In this document: in pieces, positions 22,477 to 35,422 of the stretch
Position numbering within the stretch: position 1 is the stretch's first letter
How the letters are laid out: every line of letters begins with the position of its first letter
DNA from: Paraglomus brasilianum
Lineage: Eukaryota
Direction of reading: 5' to 3'
Assembly: GCA_910592345.1 (NCBI GenBank)
Contig: CAJVPI010000281.1
Location: 1 to 36,917, forward strand
Length of the DNA stretch: 36,917 bases
Made by a program: the position numbers and the translations under genes
Notes under the pieces: generated by a model
The model's input: the letters and a program-made list of their open reading frames with translations, nothing else
What the model was told of the DNA's origin: nothing
The model's database searches: none

Positions 22477-22959
22477 TTAACGCTCTTCTTTCTGTCCAAT
22501 AGATCCAGCTTTGACGCAGAGTGAATGTTGATGGTCAAAGAGCGGTCTCTTCGAATGATCTACATTAAACCGAAGAGAAACATGCGAAAAATGTGGTATA
22601 ATATAGCATATATGAAGATGATGGCTTAGAATTTGTAAAAAGAATAAAAAAGAAAAATAATAAAAAAAAAATCAAATATTGACAAACAAAAAGTACAAAA
22701 AAAAACGCAAAACAATATTTAAAAGAATTTTGCATATAATAAATCCAACATAATAAACATAGATCCCAAAGAATAACAACCCTATCCCACAGGAAATCAT
22801 CCCAGCCAGACCCTATTCGGCATATCCAACCAAACAACTTGATAAAAAAAAAAAGTCCTTCGTAGATCCATTTCGCTTCCTCTCTTCCTCGCCTCCTATT
22901 ATCGCAGACGCAAAACCATATCTTGCGCTCGTTGATATACACTCACGATATATAGTCAT
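22477..22959 (-). other. Candidate spliced small ORF or non-coding transcript (intron 22560-22946)
   Basis: CT-rich leader, ATG at 22959, donor GTGAGT at 22946, long T-rich tract and TAATGTAG acceptor at 22560. Splicing gives MTIYHHSKRPLFDHQHSLCVKAGSIGQKEER* (31 aa). Confidence 0.3.
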
Positions 22960-23318
22960 TCCGAGGAGAAATTGAAAATGAAGTTTGAGAAAAGTAAAGA
23001 GGAAGGAAGAGAGAAAGGGAAGAGTGAAAGTGAGAGTTTCGAGACAAAGTGTTGGGGTAAAGATGTGTGTGACGTGTGTGTGACATTAGCGCTACTTGTT
23101 GTCAATGTGGTTGGTAAATGACTTGTATACTTTCTCCATTGCATTTATCCGTTGAACAACAATAGTATAGCCACGATACAGATTCGAAAGTCTTCAGACA
23201 CAGGTACTCGTATATCACCAACCCCATGTTCTCATCACTTGTAAGATCTTGTTGTACTGTACATTACATTTGAACAATCATTATTCTCCATCTCTTTACA
23301 GTCGCCTCGTTAATTCCA

Positions 23319-24257
23319 TCAACACTCCTCCAACACGCCCTCGATTTCGTAATCAATGCCTGCATCCTCAGTTTCTTCGAGGAACTGATCCAATACGTCG
23401 TACGCCTCTCTACCAAGTTTCAGAAATACTACGTTTTCGTATACCCTCCCAAAGTTGTCCAGTGTCATTGTATCCAACCATTCGTCATCATCATGATTGT
23501 AGAGCCAGTGAAGGATGGGGGAAAAGCAGCTCGGATGAGGAACAGATATGTTTATGGTTGGTAATGCAAAAATCTGGGAATCGGAAGAATATGCGGGAAA
23601 GGCTAGAAACGAAGCGTATTTGGAATATGGTGTGTATGTTGGAGAGTTAATCGGTCCAAGCAGACGGTTGAAATATCCCGACTGCGTTGCCAGGATCAAC
23701 GTGTGGCAAAAGAAAATGTCGTCAGACGGTAGCGGTGGAGAAGGAAGGGGCGAAGGAATAAAGTAGGAATACGGAGAGGGTGAAGATGGCGTCTGTGATG
23801 ACATGGGCGATGCCGGTGGAGAAGGAAGCATTGTAGATGTTGAGCATGTAGTGGGTATACAGAGTAGTGGATGTGTCTGTGAATATGCTTGCGGTCTCCT
23901 TTGATGAGAATAATGTTCGTGCGTGTCAATGTTTGCTCGATCATCGTCATGTTCCATATCACTCTCGTCTTCACTACCACCATTGCTGAACGCATTATCA
24001 TAATAGTCTTCATAACACTCCATTTGATCGTTACTATCCGCATTTCCATGGATTGCGCTGTTCCTGACTACTCGCAATACAAATTCGGCGGATAACATAT
24101 TCATCCAATTCTGTGGTCCCAAGACATCTAATTCTTTCAAAAAGTATGCCGTGGGGATAAGTCTGCCTGCGAACGGATCGCTGAAGAATTCAGGAGTATG
24201 GTCTGAGGGTGAGTATTGGGGAATGCGAACTCTCTTGCGTATAATCTTCTTGCCCAT
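23319..24257 (-). CDS. BTB/POZ-like domain protein, single exon, 312 aa
   Basis: Long open frame with BTB-like motifs AEFVLRV … IFFCHTLILATQSGYFNRLL … ISVPHPSCFSPILHWLY … VYENVVFLKL, an acidic and Ser/Pro-rich middle, and an acidic tail. Confidence 0.8.
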   Translation of the reverse strand: MGKKIIRKRVRIPQYSPSDHTPEFFSDPFAGRLIPTAYFLKELDVLGPQNWMNMLSAEFVLRVVRNSAIHGNADSNDQMECYEDYYDNAFSNGGSEDESDMEHDDDRANIDTHEHYSHQRRPQAYSQTHPLLCIPTTCSTSTMLPSPPASPMSSQTPSSPSPYSYFIPSPLPSPPLPSDDIFFCHTLILATQSGYFNRLLGPINSPTYTPYSKYASFLAFPAYSSDSQIFALPTINISVPHPSCFSPILHWLYNHDDDEWLDTMTLDNFGRVYENVVFLKLGREAYDVLDQFLEETEDAGIDYEIEGVLEEC

Positions 24258-25899
24258 TATAAAGGATGTTGTTGTTGGATAAAATGATGAATTGTCAAAT
24301 TAACGTGACTTGTTATAAAGTAGAGATGATGGGTCTTTTTATTTTTTTTTTGTTGTTTTTTGCGAGTTGAATATGCCACTGAACTGATAATGTGGGAAGA
24401 CCCTGATATGCTATGAGAGCTGAAGGATGGGAGATGATATCAGCCGATAAGGGCTCTCTTTGGTCTTATTGAAGGTCGGTCCTTTGGTCGTTAAAACGTG
24501 AAATTAGGGGATGCGGGAAAGATTTAAGTATTTTATAGATGTGGTTTGATGATGAAATCTATGCAAATAAGGCTGTTAATGGAATGGGATATAAAAGTAA
24601 TTGACTAACCACCATGTAAAGTATATATGCGATATTATATATTCTCAGATATATATTATATGATATAAAGTATTAGGTGTTATGTATTAGAAATATCTAT
24701 TCATTATTGATTATAGACCCTTGAAGTCAAAAAGAGGTAAGCAGTTCGATTTATGTTGTTTCAATACCGTATAAAAAAGAAAGGAAGGGCGGGTTTTTCT
24801 GATACCACAATTGGATGTGGCTAATATTTATATACTTATTGAATAAGAGTAGTGCGAGTAGTTTATTGTTGTCCATATTTGTCTTGTATATTGTCATATC
24901 ACCTTTCTTGTCTATATTTGGGATAGTTCATTGCAATTAGAATGTCGATTTACTATTCATTCTTTATTGTTATACTATTATTATTATTTACTACTGTTAC
25001 TCTATTATCATAACTACCACTCGGCATGCTATTCCTACTTCTTAATAATAACGCCAAGGTTCTCTATTATTTACCGTTACCAATATATTATTACCAACTT
25101 CATTACAACGGTAATGACAAACATGCATATAAACATAATATGCAAGCCCTCCGACTACGACTATATAATTGATGTCCTAATACTGATCACTACATATTGT
25201 CCATAATGCTTTCATTGTCGCTCGGCTGAACTGTCGTTTCCCATTATCTGCCCATTATTGCATACCCATTATATCCCACCTATCAATAATTTTGCTGGTC
25301 TACAACCAATGTTCCTAGTCCCATCAGCCGAGGTTAACCATTGATTTTGTGCTACTCTAGCACCAAAAACACAAATTAATAACTCGGGATAGTATCATTC
25401 GTACTAGAAGTATTAGGCTAATTACAATACGTTCCGTAATATCTAATTTATAATATCGATATTGACCGATAAATTTAGTAATATTCTATTTATATCTTTA
25501 TTATTATTATATAGGTAGCTGCCAAGGAATGTTTGAAGTGTGGGGTACTAGTTAGTAATTGAATATATCATATACCATATACCCATACCCACTTCCCATG
25601 CATACACTCCTTACTCCGGATATTAAACCCCTTCATATTACAACTGTTTGTTCACTTCCCAATTTAGGTTATTGCTCCCAAATTGGAAGTATTAAATATT
25701 GTTAACTTTATCGGATACTGAATTTGGATATATGAGATTGCACTTTTTCCCTTGTCGTATATATCGAATCGACATATCGAACGCTTGCTTATTGTTGCTT
25801 CATGGTTGTAAAATTTACCCGAATTCATAGAGATCGGTTTGTGGAGTAAACAGATCGAACAAATCTACTGATGCAAATTTGTATACAAAAAGTCAAACA

Positions 25900-28130
25900 T
25901 GCATGTATCAAACACAAACAGATATGTGTCGGACCTGTCAACAAACGGTTTTGAAAGATTTCGTATACCCAAGCTGTTCCGAAGGGATTTGCAAAACTTT
26001 TTTTAGATACTTTATCAACCCCTTCTTGCTATTGACAAATGCTGTTTCACTAGGGTGGGGCGTATTCTCCAACAGCTACTTGCAGCTCTGGTACTACTTT
26101 GGTTTTATGCATTCGTCAGGCGTTTGTTCCTAATAATAAAATAGTATTACTACTCTATTTACCGGCCAGTGCAAAAACTTTTTCCCCGATCTTATTCAAT
26201 GCAAAAAAATTTACTACTATTCTCAAGAGTTCTTCCGGTAGGATTATATGCCGAGTTTATCTGTTAAAGTACATTGATGAATTACCACATAAATTTCAAT
26301 TCATTCATTTGTTGTATGAATGCTATCATCTTGCTCTTCCGCCAATATTACATAAGTACATAGGGAGTACCTGTTTGATGCATTCGTCAATATAATCCCG
26401 ACATTGACAATGTAATTCCTATTCTAACCGTTTTTTCCCAAGTCATCGTTGTGTAATTTGCCTAATTGTTTGCCGCCGCAACTCTTGATCATTGTCATTG
26501 CTAAGCAAAAATACACACCGTACCGTATCTGGTTTTACTCCTCCGCCCCCACAATAATAACAATGCGTCCATATACCTATTTCTGCATTTAGGTATTTAA
26601 AAAAGGGAACCGCTTGTTTCCTGCTGTTGTGCACGGTGATGTCAAAGTGATGCAAATCCAAGATAGTTGACATGCGTCTCGCTTTGCCTTGTTAGTAACG
26701 ACAAAAAATTATTCGTCCTGCACCTAGCCCTCTCTTTGGCCTGTAATATGGAAATAAAATCTTGATCTTACTATGAGCAAAATATGATGACGTATATAAA
26801 TCCATAGACCTAACCTTTTGCGGATCCGTACAGGCGATGGATCTTGGCGCGAATTGTCACTCCATTATATTGACTGAAACGGATGATAGGTTTCACATTC
26901 AAAACTGTACAATTCGGAACACATCTCGTTAAAAGTTAACATGATCAAACACACAAAGAATCGGTCCATATTAATCCAGTAATAGTTTTTATCTGGAGAA
27001 TCGACAACTTTGCAAATGGTTGTTCCGATTTGAAAGATCGCATTGCCGATCGGTTACAGTCGAAAGGCTACATTGTCAAAAGCTAATGTTAGATTTGTTT
27101 GACCTACTGCAAGACCGGATATTAGAATAAACTATGATCGGTATGGCTTTTACACCACGCCGATGCTCATCCTCTGTTTCTAGTTTGATTGATAAACATA
27201 CCATTAAATTAGCCCAAAGACATTCGTGCGCGGGCTAGCCATAACAACGCTTAATAATACTGGTTTTTGGTTAGCCAAATCGGGGATAATGTCTTCATAC
27301 CGTTGAGGTATATGTCTTCGACCCGACACTAGATGGTATGACAGTTTGGCATTTCTTACATATGCAATATAGTCTGCGGTAGGTTCATCGCGTTTGACCT
27401 TCAATCAGCGGTAAATGACAAACCAGTTTACAAGCTGGAGTATGACGCATAAATCGAAAAGATCTGGTTGAGATTCGCTGCCTGTGTCAAATCAACATGC
27501 GCAATGAGCACAAATCAAAAGTCGTCAAAAAGTAACTTAACATCAAAGTGTGGAAATCACTGGTGTTAGCCTACCTCGATCAGAGCATTACTAATGGCAA
27601 GATCGAGTGATAGTCAAAAGTAATGTTGTGCATCATAGTGCGAATGAATCCAAAGCATGTGGGTGGTTTGTAATGGTCTACGTACAGCCTGTTTCCAATA
27701 AAGTAAACCTAACTGTTATTCTCGTGCTCAGTTATGAACGCATTACTGCATTAGCGGCCTTTGGGTTTCCAGTAAATGTCCAATCACTGTTCATACTAGT
27801 TGCGAACATTTAAACATTCTGTTGCTGAGCGAAGAAAGACCGAGCCTCTAAAGACGAGCTTGCTCTTCTCAGCAGGGATTTCTCCAACGAACAAGGGCTT
27901 TTGTAGACCATAGTGTTGTCCAAAGGCGAAGACTGTAGAATGGTAGGAAATAACACAAGCGCGATGCGCATAGTCCAATGGGACGTTGGATCTACAAACT
28001 GACGATATATTTTCTATTATGTGTGGTACAGAGATTAAAGTTGTTCGCGATGATTTACAAATAGCTCGTACTAGGTCAAGTACAAAGCCAATACCATGTC
28101 AATAAATTGGATCCAGCGCCAGCATTTCTT
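25900..28130 (-). pseudogene. Heavily decayed multi-exon gene(s), unidentified
   Basis: GC-richer exon-like blocks bounded by plausible - strand splice sites (gag|GTAGGC…GACACAG, atg|GTATGT…AATGTAG, aag|GTTAGG…ATTACAG). Short protein-like frames (e.g. YEDIIPDLANQKPVLLSVVMASP) are broken by many stops. Boundaries are approximate. Confidence 0.35.
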
Positions 28131-28847
28131 AAAGTTGTTAAATATTAATACATGCAAAACGACAATACAGTGCAAGTCTACGCTAGCATATAATCTGTTG
28201 ACATCGTTATATAAATATTAGGAAATGACGAGTGGATTTGAAAGAACGATGCAAAGTTGAAGTGTACTGGATAATATATAACTGCTTTATTACGAATTTT
28301 TGATTGACTTTGCCTTATCCTTGGAGGTTGTGAGGAAAGACAACGGCAGATGCGATTTAGAGTTTGAAAAAACTAGATGTAATAGTTAAGATTAACATTT
28401 CTAACAAATCGATCGCAATATCGCAACTTAGTAACCATTTATCTCTATACTAATACAAAAAGCCCAAGTATCATGAGAGGGGTATAATTTTCTCTTTTGT
28501 GATGTAATAAATTGCCTATGAAATTCCATCAAGAAATAAAACTCTACACTAATGCCGTGGCACACAATCTCACAGGTCACATAATCGGAGTTCCGATTTG
28601 TTGCACATACTCACTTAAATTGTTACTTACCGTTATGGCTATTTTATAGACAAACGATTTTCTTTTTTTAATCTGTTCTGATAATGCTTAAATTCCAATG
28701 GAATTATGATTGATGAAACATAATGCTCAAATAAAATTAATATTCGATATCACCGGTCGACCCCATGTTTGTGGAGTATGTTTATTAATTCCGCGGGATT
28801 TGTCACATACTAATACTAATACAACAAGAATAAGTTTATGAAATATG

Positions 28848-29500
28848 CTTAAAGCACTCCTTCTTTCCATTCCAGCATCATATGCTCCCTGTACCACTGC
28901 CTAAATAGACAATAGAATCGAACTAGTACAAATAATTGTGCTGACATATGAACTTATCATCATAGCGTAGATCGTCACTCACCGTAGTCTCGCTTATTAG
29001 TTTTAAATGAAAATGCCGTTGATGCTTGCGATTGAACAGTCATGAATCCGTTAATGAAGCCTCATCTCAAGTCACAATAGAACTCTTATACTACTGCGTT
29101 CAGTGTCGTTTCGTGACAGTCAATGAGATGTTACTTTTCAGCCCATGCTTTGTTTCACAGTATCCCGCGGGGGAGAAGGGGGGAACTGTTGGAGTGTTAG
29201 AGAATATGCATAATAGAAGGTAACCTTTGCATACTATTTGTTTTACCAACTTGTGGTCAACAGTAAGAATGAATTATTCATGTTCCGATTTGGTTTTCTT
29301 GTGTTTTGGAGTCACAACAGATCGTAAGTATCCAGTTTAAGTTCTATTGTCAGTTAGTTGGTTGGGTAACCCAGACATCAATGTATCGATACAAGCAAAG
29401 CAGCGACATAGCAATTCAGGTCAATAAAGCGGTCATATTAGTAAATCAATATTCTGGCCGTATCCGACGCGCATTTTGCCATTTCTCGGTATCTCGTCGT
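28848..29500 (-). pseudogene. Decayed multi-exon gene, unidentified
   Basis: The 3' part splices in frame to DLR*GFINGFMTVQSQASTAFSFKTNKRDYGSDDLRYDDK|QWYREHMMLEWKEGVL*. An upstream relic reads DEIPRNGKMRVGYGQNIDLL. Multiple stops are present. Confidence 0.35.
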
Positions 29501-32366
29501 CTGTATGTGAACAATATGTCAAACAACAAATCGGGCTGTGTTCATCATTTACCAAACATGGATACCCATTGTCAGAGTTCTCTTAACTTAGTTAGAGGCA
29601 ACGTACTACGATACTATAAATAAAAGGTTTTTTGCACAACCTCAACTTTTTCAGCGGGGGGAGACGTTTGTATGTGAATAAATGGTATGATAACAAAGAA
29701 CAGTCAACAGGCGCATGTGTTACGATAATGCAAATGCAACTGCACTTGAACACTGCATGTGCATGCATCTAGGAAGTAACAATAATCTTACAATATATTG
29801 TTACCTACTTGTATTAGACTGCTACATCCTTATGACCTTTAATACTACTTCATTGTGTTAGGCGACAGATCGGCTACACGTGACCCCAATTTTAACAATC
29901 GTTATTGTCCAGGACGAGACATGTGAGCAAAAGTTCATTACTTTTTCTGAATTGGGCTATCTATGCCTTCAAATTTGATCGTGAAGGACCGGACGCCAAT
30001 AAGATAATACTTGTATGGCCTCTCTTTGTATTCGCTCTTTCACTCGCGAAGCAGGTCCTGCTCCTCCCGCGGGTGTTTTTTGATAATGGAGCACAAAATG
30101 CTAAATGGCCATTCTAAATCCCCGCCATTTCTAAACGAGATGGTTGGATTTTTATACTTCAAATAGCGGGGATCAAAATTTTAAAGCTTTACCCAACATT
30201 TCTGCGAAATAAATTTTATAGTTTATCTCGTCGCTAAAACTTATATGTTCAATATAGAATGAGTTATTCCTATGACGCGCTTATTTGACACTGTTACGCC
30301 AGCATCGTTTTCCATAGTTTATTCAATCATTCCTATTGGCAGGATAAACTTTTTTAAATTCAAATTATGAAATATGATTTTGGTTTTTGTAAATTTGTCC
30401 CGCCTACTCAATACGTATATTAATATAGACTCAAGATTAACAACTTTACTCCAGATCCCGGTAAAAAAAAGTCAGTCCATTGAACCTACATATCTCAATT
30501 ACATACTTATTCTGGCAAACATAATATTACACTTCCGGGTTGGAAGACTTGCAGCCTGTAAAAAACTTTTCGGTGTTATTATTTGGTGAGAAAAGATTCA
30601 GTGATTTATTTGCGTAAATTGAGATTTACGTGTTTCAGCATTGGCTGATGCAAAAAATAGCTATGACAAAGATAAGTCAATTTCAGCTCACGTTGTACGC
30701 AACACATAAAGAATTAGCAAAAAGCAGAGTTGATTTGTTAAAATTCCCAGAAATTATAAATTATTCGAGCGTTTACAAAACAACGATAGAGGAAAAGTTT
30801 AACTTATTACTAGGAAAACTCTCACCACATAGGAGTTTACAGACATATCATAATGTTTGCTTGAGGCATACCTAATTACTCTTCCGACTAACCTATAATA
30901 AAAAAAGCCTACTTGGTCGACAGTCAAGATTAAAACATTTCGATTCTAACGTTCAATGATGGCTAGATCGCCCAAAGTCGCGTCTAATAGCTTTTATGGT
31001 ATTAACAAACAAAGATTTTCCTGAACACCCCTTGAGAATCAGGCAATTGAATAATTTTTGTAAACGCTATTGTTCTAATGCTTTACACGTCTTGTCTTTA
31101 TTCAAAAAACACCACCAATTAAATACGCCTTATTGACGTTCTACATGTGTCATTATGAAAGAACACTGGTATAATTGCGATAGATGTCTGTTATCTTCAA
31201 TCGTTTAACAAATTACTATTGTCTTCTCTCAAACGATTTTTTGACACGAACAAAATGTCAGCCCAAGCACTGGATTTGAAAAGTCACAGATCGCATATAC
31301 GCCCAACCAGAGAAGAGGAATATGTAGATCTGACAATATGAGCAGTTTGCGGAACGTCCCGTTTCTCAAACCAAGATTTCTGCAAGCATTTGGCAGAGGT
31401 TGAAGAATGCGGGTAGGCACTGGTTTGAGACTGGTTTCGATCTCGCGAAAGACGAAATCTGTGACAGAAAATGACAAGAGAGACAAATGAATGTTGTAAT
31501 AATATTAATATTCCAATTTACAGTTTATTGTTTGAGCACTTCTTTACTTTTGCGTTAAAATATTTCTGCATAGTTTACTATTAGTTATGAGTTTTCATTG
31601 ATAGAAGTCTGATTTTTTTTGCCTATCTGAATGTACACTCAAAAGATATAAATAGACATTATCGTCATATCAGAATGCGTTAATAAATATTACCATTTTC
31701 GGCAGTTAATTAAAGAATATTTCGTTCTTTAATTTATTCGGCGACTGTTTGGCCTCCATTACGAGTATGCATGTATGCAATCACTCCTCTGTGACATATG
31801 CATGAGCGTGACACTGCAAGAGGGACGCATAAAACTGATGATTTTTGTGTGCAGTTACCAGCAGTAAATTCATAGACAGTCTTGTCAAGTAAACGTACAT
31901 TCTTGCCAAACAGGGACTTGTAGAGAAGCCTTTGGTGAAGCCGACTGCAAAAATAGTTAATGCTTTGTCAATAGTCAACCCAAATTCAGTTACTCCCCTT
32001 GATATTAATGTCTACCACATATTCAGGGTAAAACAACCCCGGAACAAGCTGATAATCCTTATCACCGTATGACAATATTAATATGCTTGGTTAACTCGAA
32101 AATCCTTGCAAAGAAAGATTGCAAGGTACGAAAACCTGCAAATTGAAAAGTGTACGTGTTTGATCAGGTCAAAGGTGCAAAGTTTGACCGAAATTCAGAA
32201 AGAAACATTTGTGAAAAAGCCAATAATGGAAACTCTTTTTGGTCCATCACAAACCGTTTTCTTTTAGAAATTGAAATTTCTTCGCGTTATCGGTATGGTG
32301 AAAAGATTGCAAATCACATGACATTTAATTAAAAAATTTACCAGGTTTCTGAAAATATGTGGAACA

Positions 32367-33430
32367 ATGGATTCTAAAACCACTTTCGATATCAGTACAT
32401 TAATTACTACAATCGACTTTGCTGCGAAAAAGCATGTGAAACAGAGGAGAAAGGATTCGGACGCTACCCGTGAGTTTCAATGGCATGTTTGGGTTATCGA
32501 CCGATACTTGGATATTGTTCCTAACCGCTGTGTGGATTATAGCATACATTAATCATCCGATAGGAGTGGCCAAGATTCTCGTCGATGCGGGAGTAACGGA
32601 CGTCGCTACACTTCAAGCTGCTGTTCTTGTATGCCAAACCCAGTCGATGCATTGCTAATGACTGTCCTGTACTTGTTGTGATATAGGCAAACTACTAATT
32701 ATAATATATTTTTAGCATGACACCGTTGAGGATACGAACACAACGTTCGAAGAGGTAAAGCTATATGATTTGTCTATGGAAAGATTGTCAAATATTCCAA
32801 TATTTATGCTTTGGTTGAATCCCTAGCTTGAAGAGTATTTTGGAAAGGAAGTTGAAGAAATCGTCAAGGAGTGTACTGACGACAAGACATTACCCGTCAT
32901 GGAGAGGAAAAGGCTGCAAATAGAGACGACGCCCCATAAATCTGTAAAGGTTATTAAGCGAAATCGTAAATGCAATATTTGATCAATTTATATCGTAGTG
33001 CTGACTAGAGCTTACAAACGAATTGCAGGCAAAACTGGTTAAACTGGCTGACAAACTGTACAATCTGAAAGATATACAAAGATGTGTACCAGTTGGATGG
33101 ACGGTTGAATATGCACAAGGTAACTTTTGCTTACCGCCCATTATTCCTACATATCTTTACTTACGATCATATTTACCTCTCTTTTAGGATATTACACTTG
33201 GGCCAAAAAAGTTACAGATGGCAAGCATCTCGTAGACAGTTAAAGCTAAAACTATCGCTCATACTGAGATTCACTCTATCTCTTTAATTTGAATAATAAT
33301 CACTGTCATTTACAATTCAGGCGCAAAAGGGGTCAACGATGGTCTCACGTCTCAACTAGAAGAACTGTACAAATCCGGAACGTTCGAACACCGTGGCATG
33401 ACATACAAGTGTCATCCTACATACACATAA
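32367..33430 (+). CDS. HDDC3: MESH1/HDDC3-family HD-domain hydrolase ((p)ppGpp hydrolase / NADPH phosphatase), 7 exons, 194 aa
   Basis: join(32367..32469,32543..32628,32716..32754,32827..32949,33029..33119,33188..33220,33321..33430) gives …[31 protein letters not shown]…AAVLHDTVEDT…ECTDDKTLP…RKRLQIE…[15 protein letters not shown]…PVGWT…[16 protein letters not shown]…CHPTYT*. The family motifs are intact. Confidence 0.95.
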
Positions 33431-35422
33431 TACGAAAAAAGGGGTGAATCGAATGGCACCGAACATGATAGCAAGAGGCAATACTATTGAAATTCTCATC
33501 ATTATGTATTAGAAATGTCCTTATATTTAAACGTTTTTTATTTTTATTTTTAGATTCAATGTCTTAGTAATCAAATGCTGTCACTATGTCTTTTACTCCT
33601 GATTTCTGCTAACAAGTTATCTGCTAGTTTAGGTAGAATTCCGCCAAATTGACTTCTTGCTGCCAATTTTAATCGCAGTTTCTATAACGCCTTCCATCAC
33701 GTATAATTGATCATTTATGTAATATCTATGGGTCTACGAACGAAAGTCGCAAGCATTCAGGTCAACAAGTTTGTCAAATCTTTCTTGCAAAAAATGTTTA
33801 GTGGGACGTAGTAAAAACGAATAGAAATGTTCAGAAAACACTGGTGTCCTGTGTATTTAATTTTAATCACTGCGCTCTATTCAGGGGAGGTTAATCTATT
33901 TGCATTAAGGGCTTCACCTCTGCACAGGTTGACGGTTACCCATTTATATGATCGCATCATGCATTTCCCTCAAATAAAAAGAGGAGAGCAAGTATTTGCA
34001 AGGATAAGGTCATGGTTTACGAGCGGAAGTCGAAAGTCTATTTAGCATACACGAATATACCTATCTTTTGAAAAAGTCGTGAAATTATTTACCAAATGCT
34101 AAAGGCTCATGCCGGATATCTTCATCGTCCACGTAAACTAGCACGGACGTATTTGAGTATTCTCATCGATAGATCAAGATAGTAACTGTATCAGTAGTAT
34201 GAAATAATGAAAGAAAGACGTCGCCGCTACCGGCCACAGCATGAGTGTGCGTTCGTCGCGTGTTTTATTCATGTGTACTTTATATGTTTTGTATGTGTGC
34301 CAACAGCTATGATTAATGAGAAAAAGCTCACCGATTGGGTCGGGTGGTAAAGCTATGGAGATGGTGTCAATACTATAAAAAAAATGAAATTCATAAACTC
34401 AAGTTATAAGTTTCATAAAGTATTACAACAATTCCCTTACGGGTACGCTTTATGGTAGTGATAATACATGAAAACTATGAGAAACAATTAGCGCACCACA
34501 TTGCAATGGTAAACGAAAATTGTTAGTGGTACCACTCGGACTCTAATGAAAAGTTTATTATAGCTCTTTTTCCTAACCATTTGCGATATCTGAATTATGT
34601 TAATGTGTTAGAATTAAAAATACAAACACATTACGAAACTTGCTTGTTAAATGGTGCATACATAGCATACTTCTACAATATGGTACGTACATCAAGTCAA
34701 AACATGAATTCGGATTAATAGCACTATTAGTAGTATTAATAGTAAGCTTTGAATACCCGCTGGTTTTTTTCGAAGGAATTTTGGAATAGCGTTCTACCTC
34801 TTCTTTATCTGATGATGCATCGAGGGCATGTTCAGATATCGTCGCTAAAAGAGCCTTTCGTGGTTGATGCTCCTTTCAAATACGACAGTTGTGCCAGTGA
34901 TATTAGAAGGGCAGCCGATCCGAAAGTATTTTTAATGGAAGTCGATGAGTACAGATCGACTTACTACTAATCCTTGAACATGAGCTGACCATAATGAAAA
35001 TACCTTTTTCTAGAACGAATCATAAGTACATTATAGCCTATTTTATTTATTTTATAGCTCGAGAAAACAAAGAATTTAGATTTCGACCATAATAATAACG
35101 ATTCGATCTCGTTGATCGTTTGATAGTAAATATTAATACATACTTTCAATCCCGCTTGGGAACGGCTCAAAATGCCAAGGTATCAATTACAACAGTACTG
35201 CAGTATATCGTTTTTATTAGTATACTGACTTAAGCGTTTCGGTTAGGACATGATTCTTATCGTTATTAGGCAGCTTGGTTAGTATTAGAAAACTGTGTGC
35301 CATACCAAAAGACACAAGCTGATGACTGGTTGAAGATATCGTATGAATGGTTATACTACTGTGCTGCTTTCTGGTGAGTTCAAAACCATGCATTAATTAG
35401 GATCGGCTTCTACAACAGAACG

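Noticed and set aside
23249..24095. Several + strand and alternative-frame ORFs over the BTB gene
   Set aside because: Shadow ORFs of the real 312-aa gene.
24931..25206. Tyr/Leu/Ile-rich ORF
   Set aside because: Arises from (TAT)n low-complexity sequence.
30118..30174. Inverted pair ATCCCCGCCATTT / AAATAGCGGGGAT
   Set aside because: Short, single copy in the window, no TSD.
31219..31490. Possible MITE with imperfect ends and internal GCACTGG(A)TTTGA repeats
   Set aside because: The terminal match is too degenerate to support.
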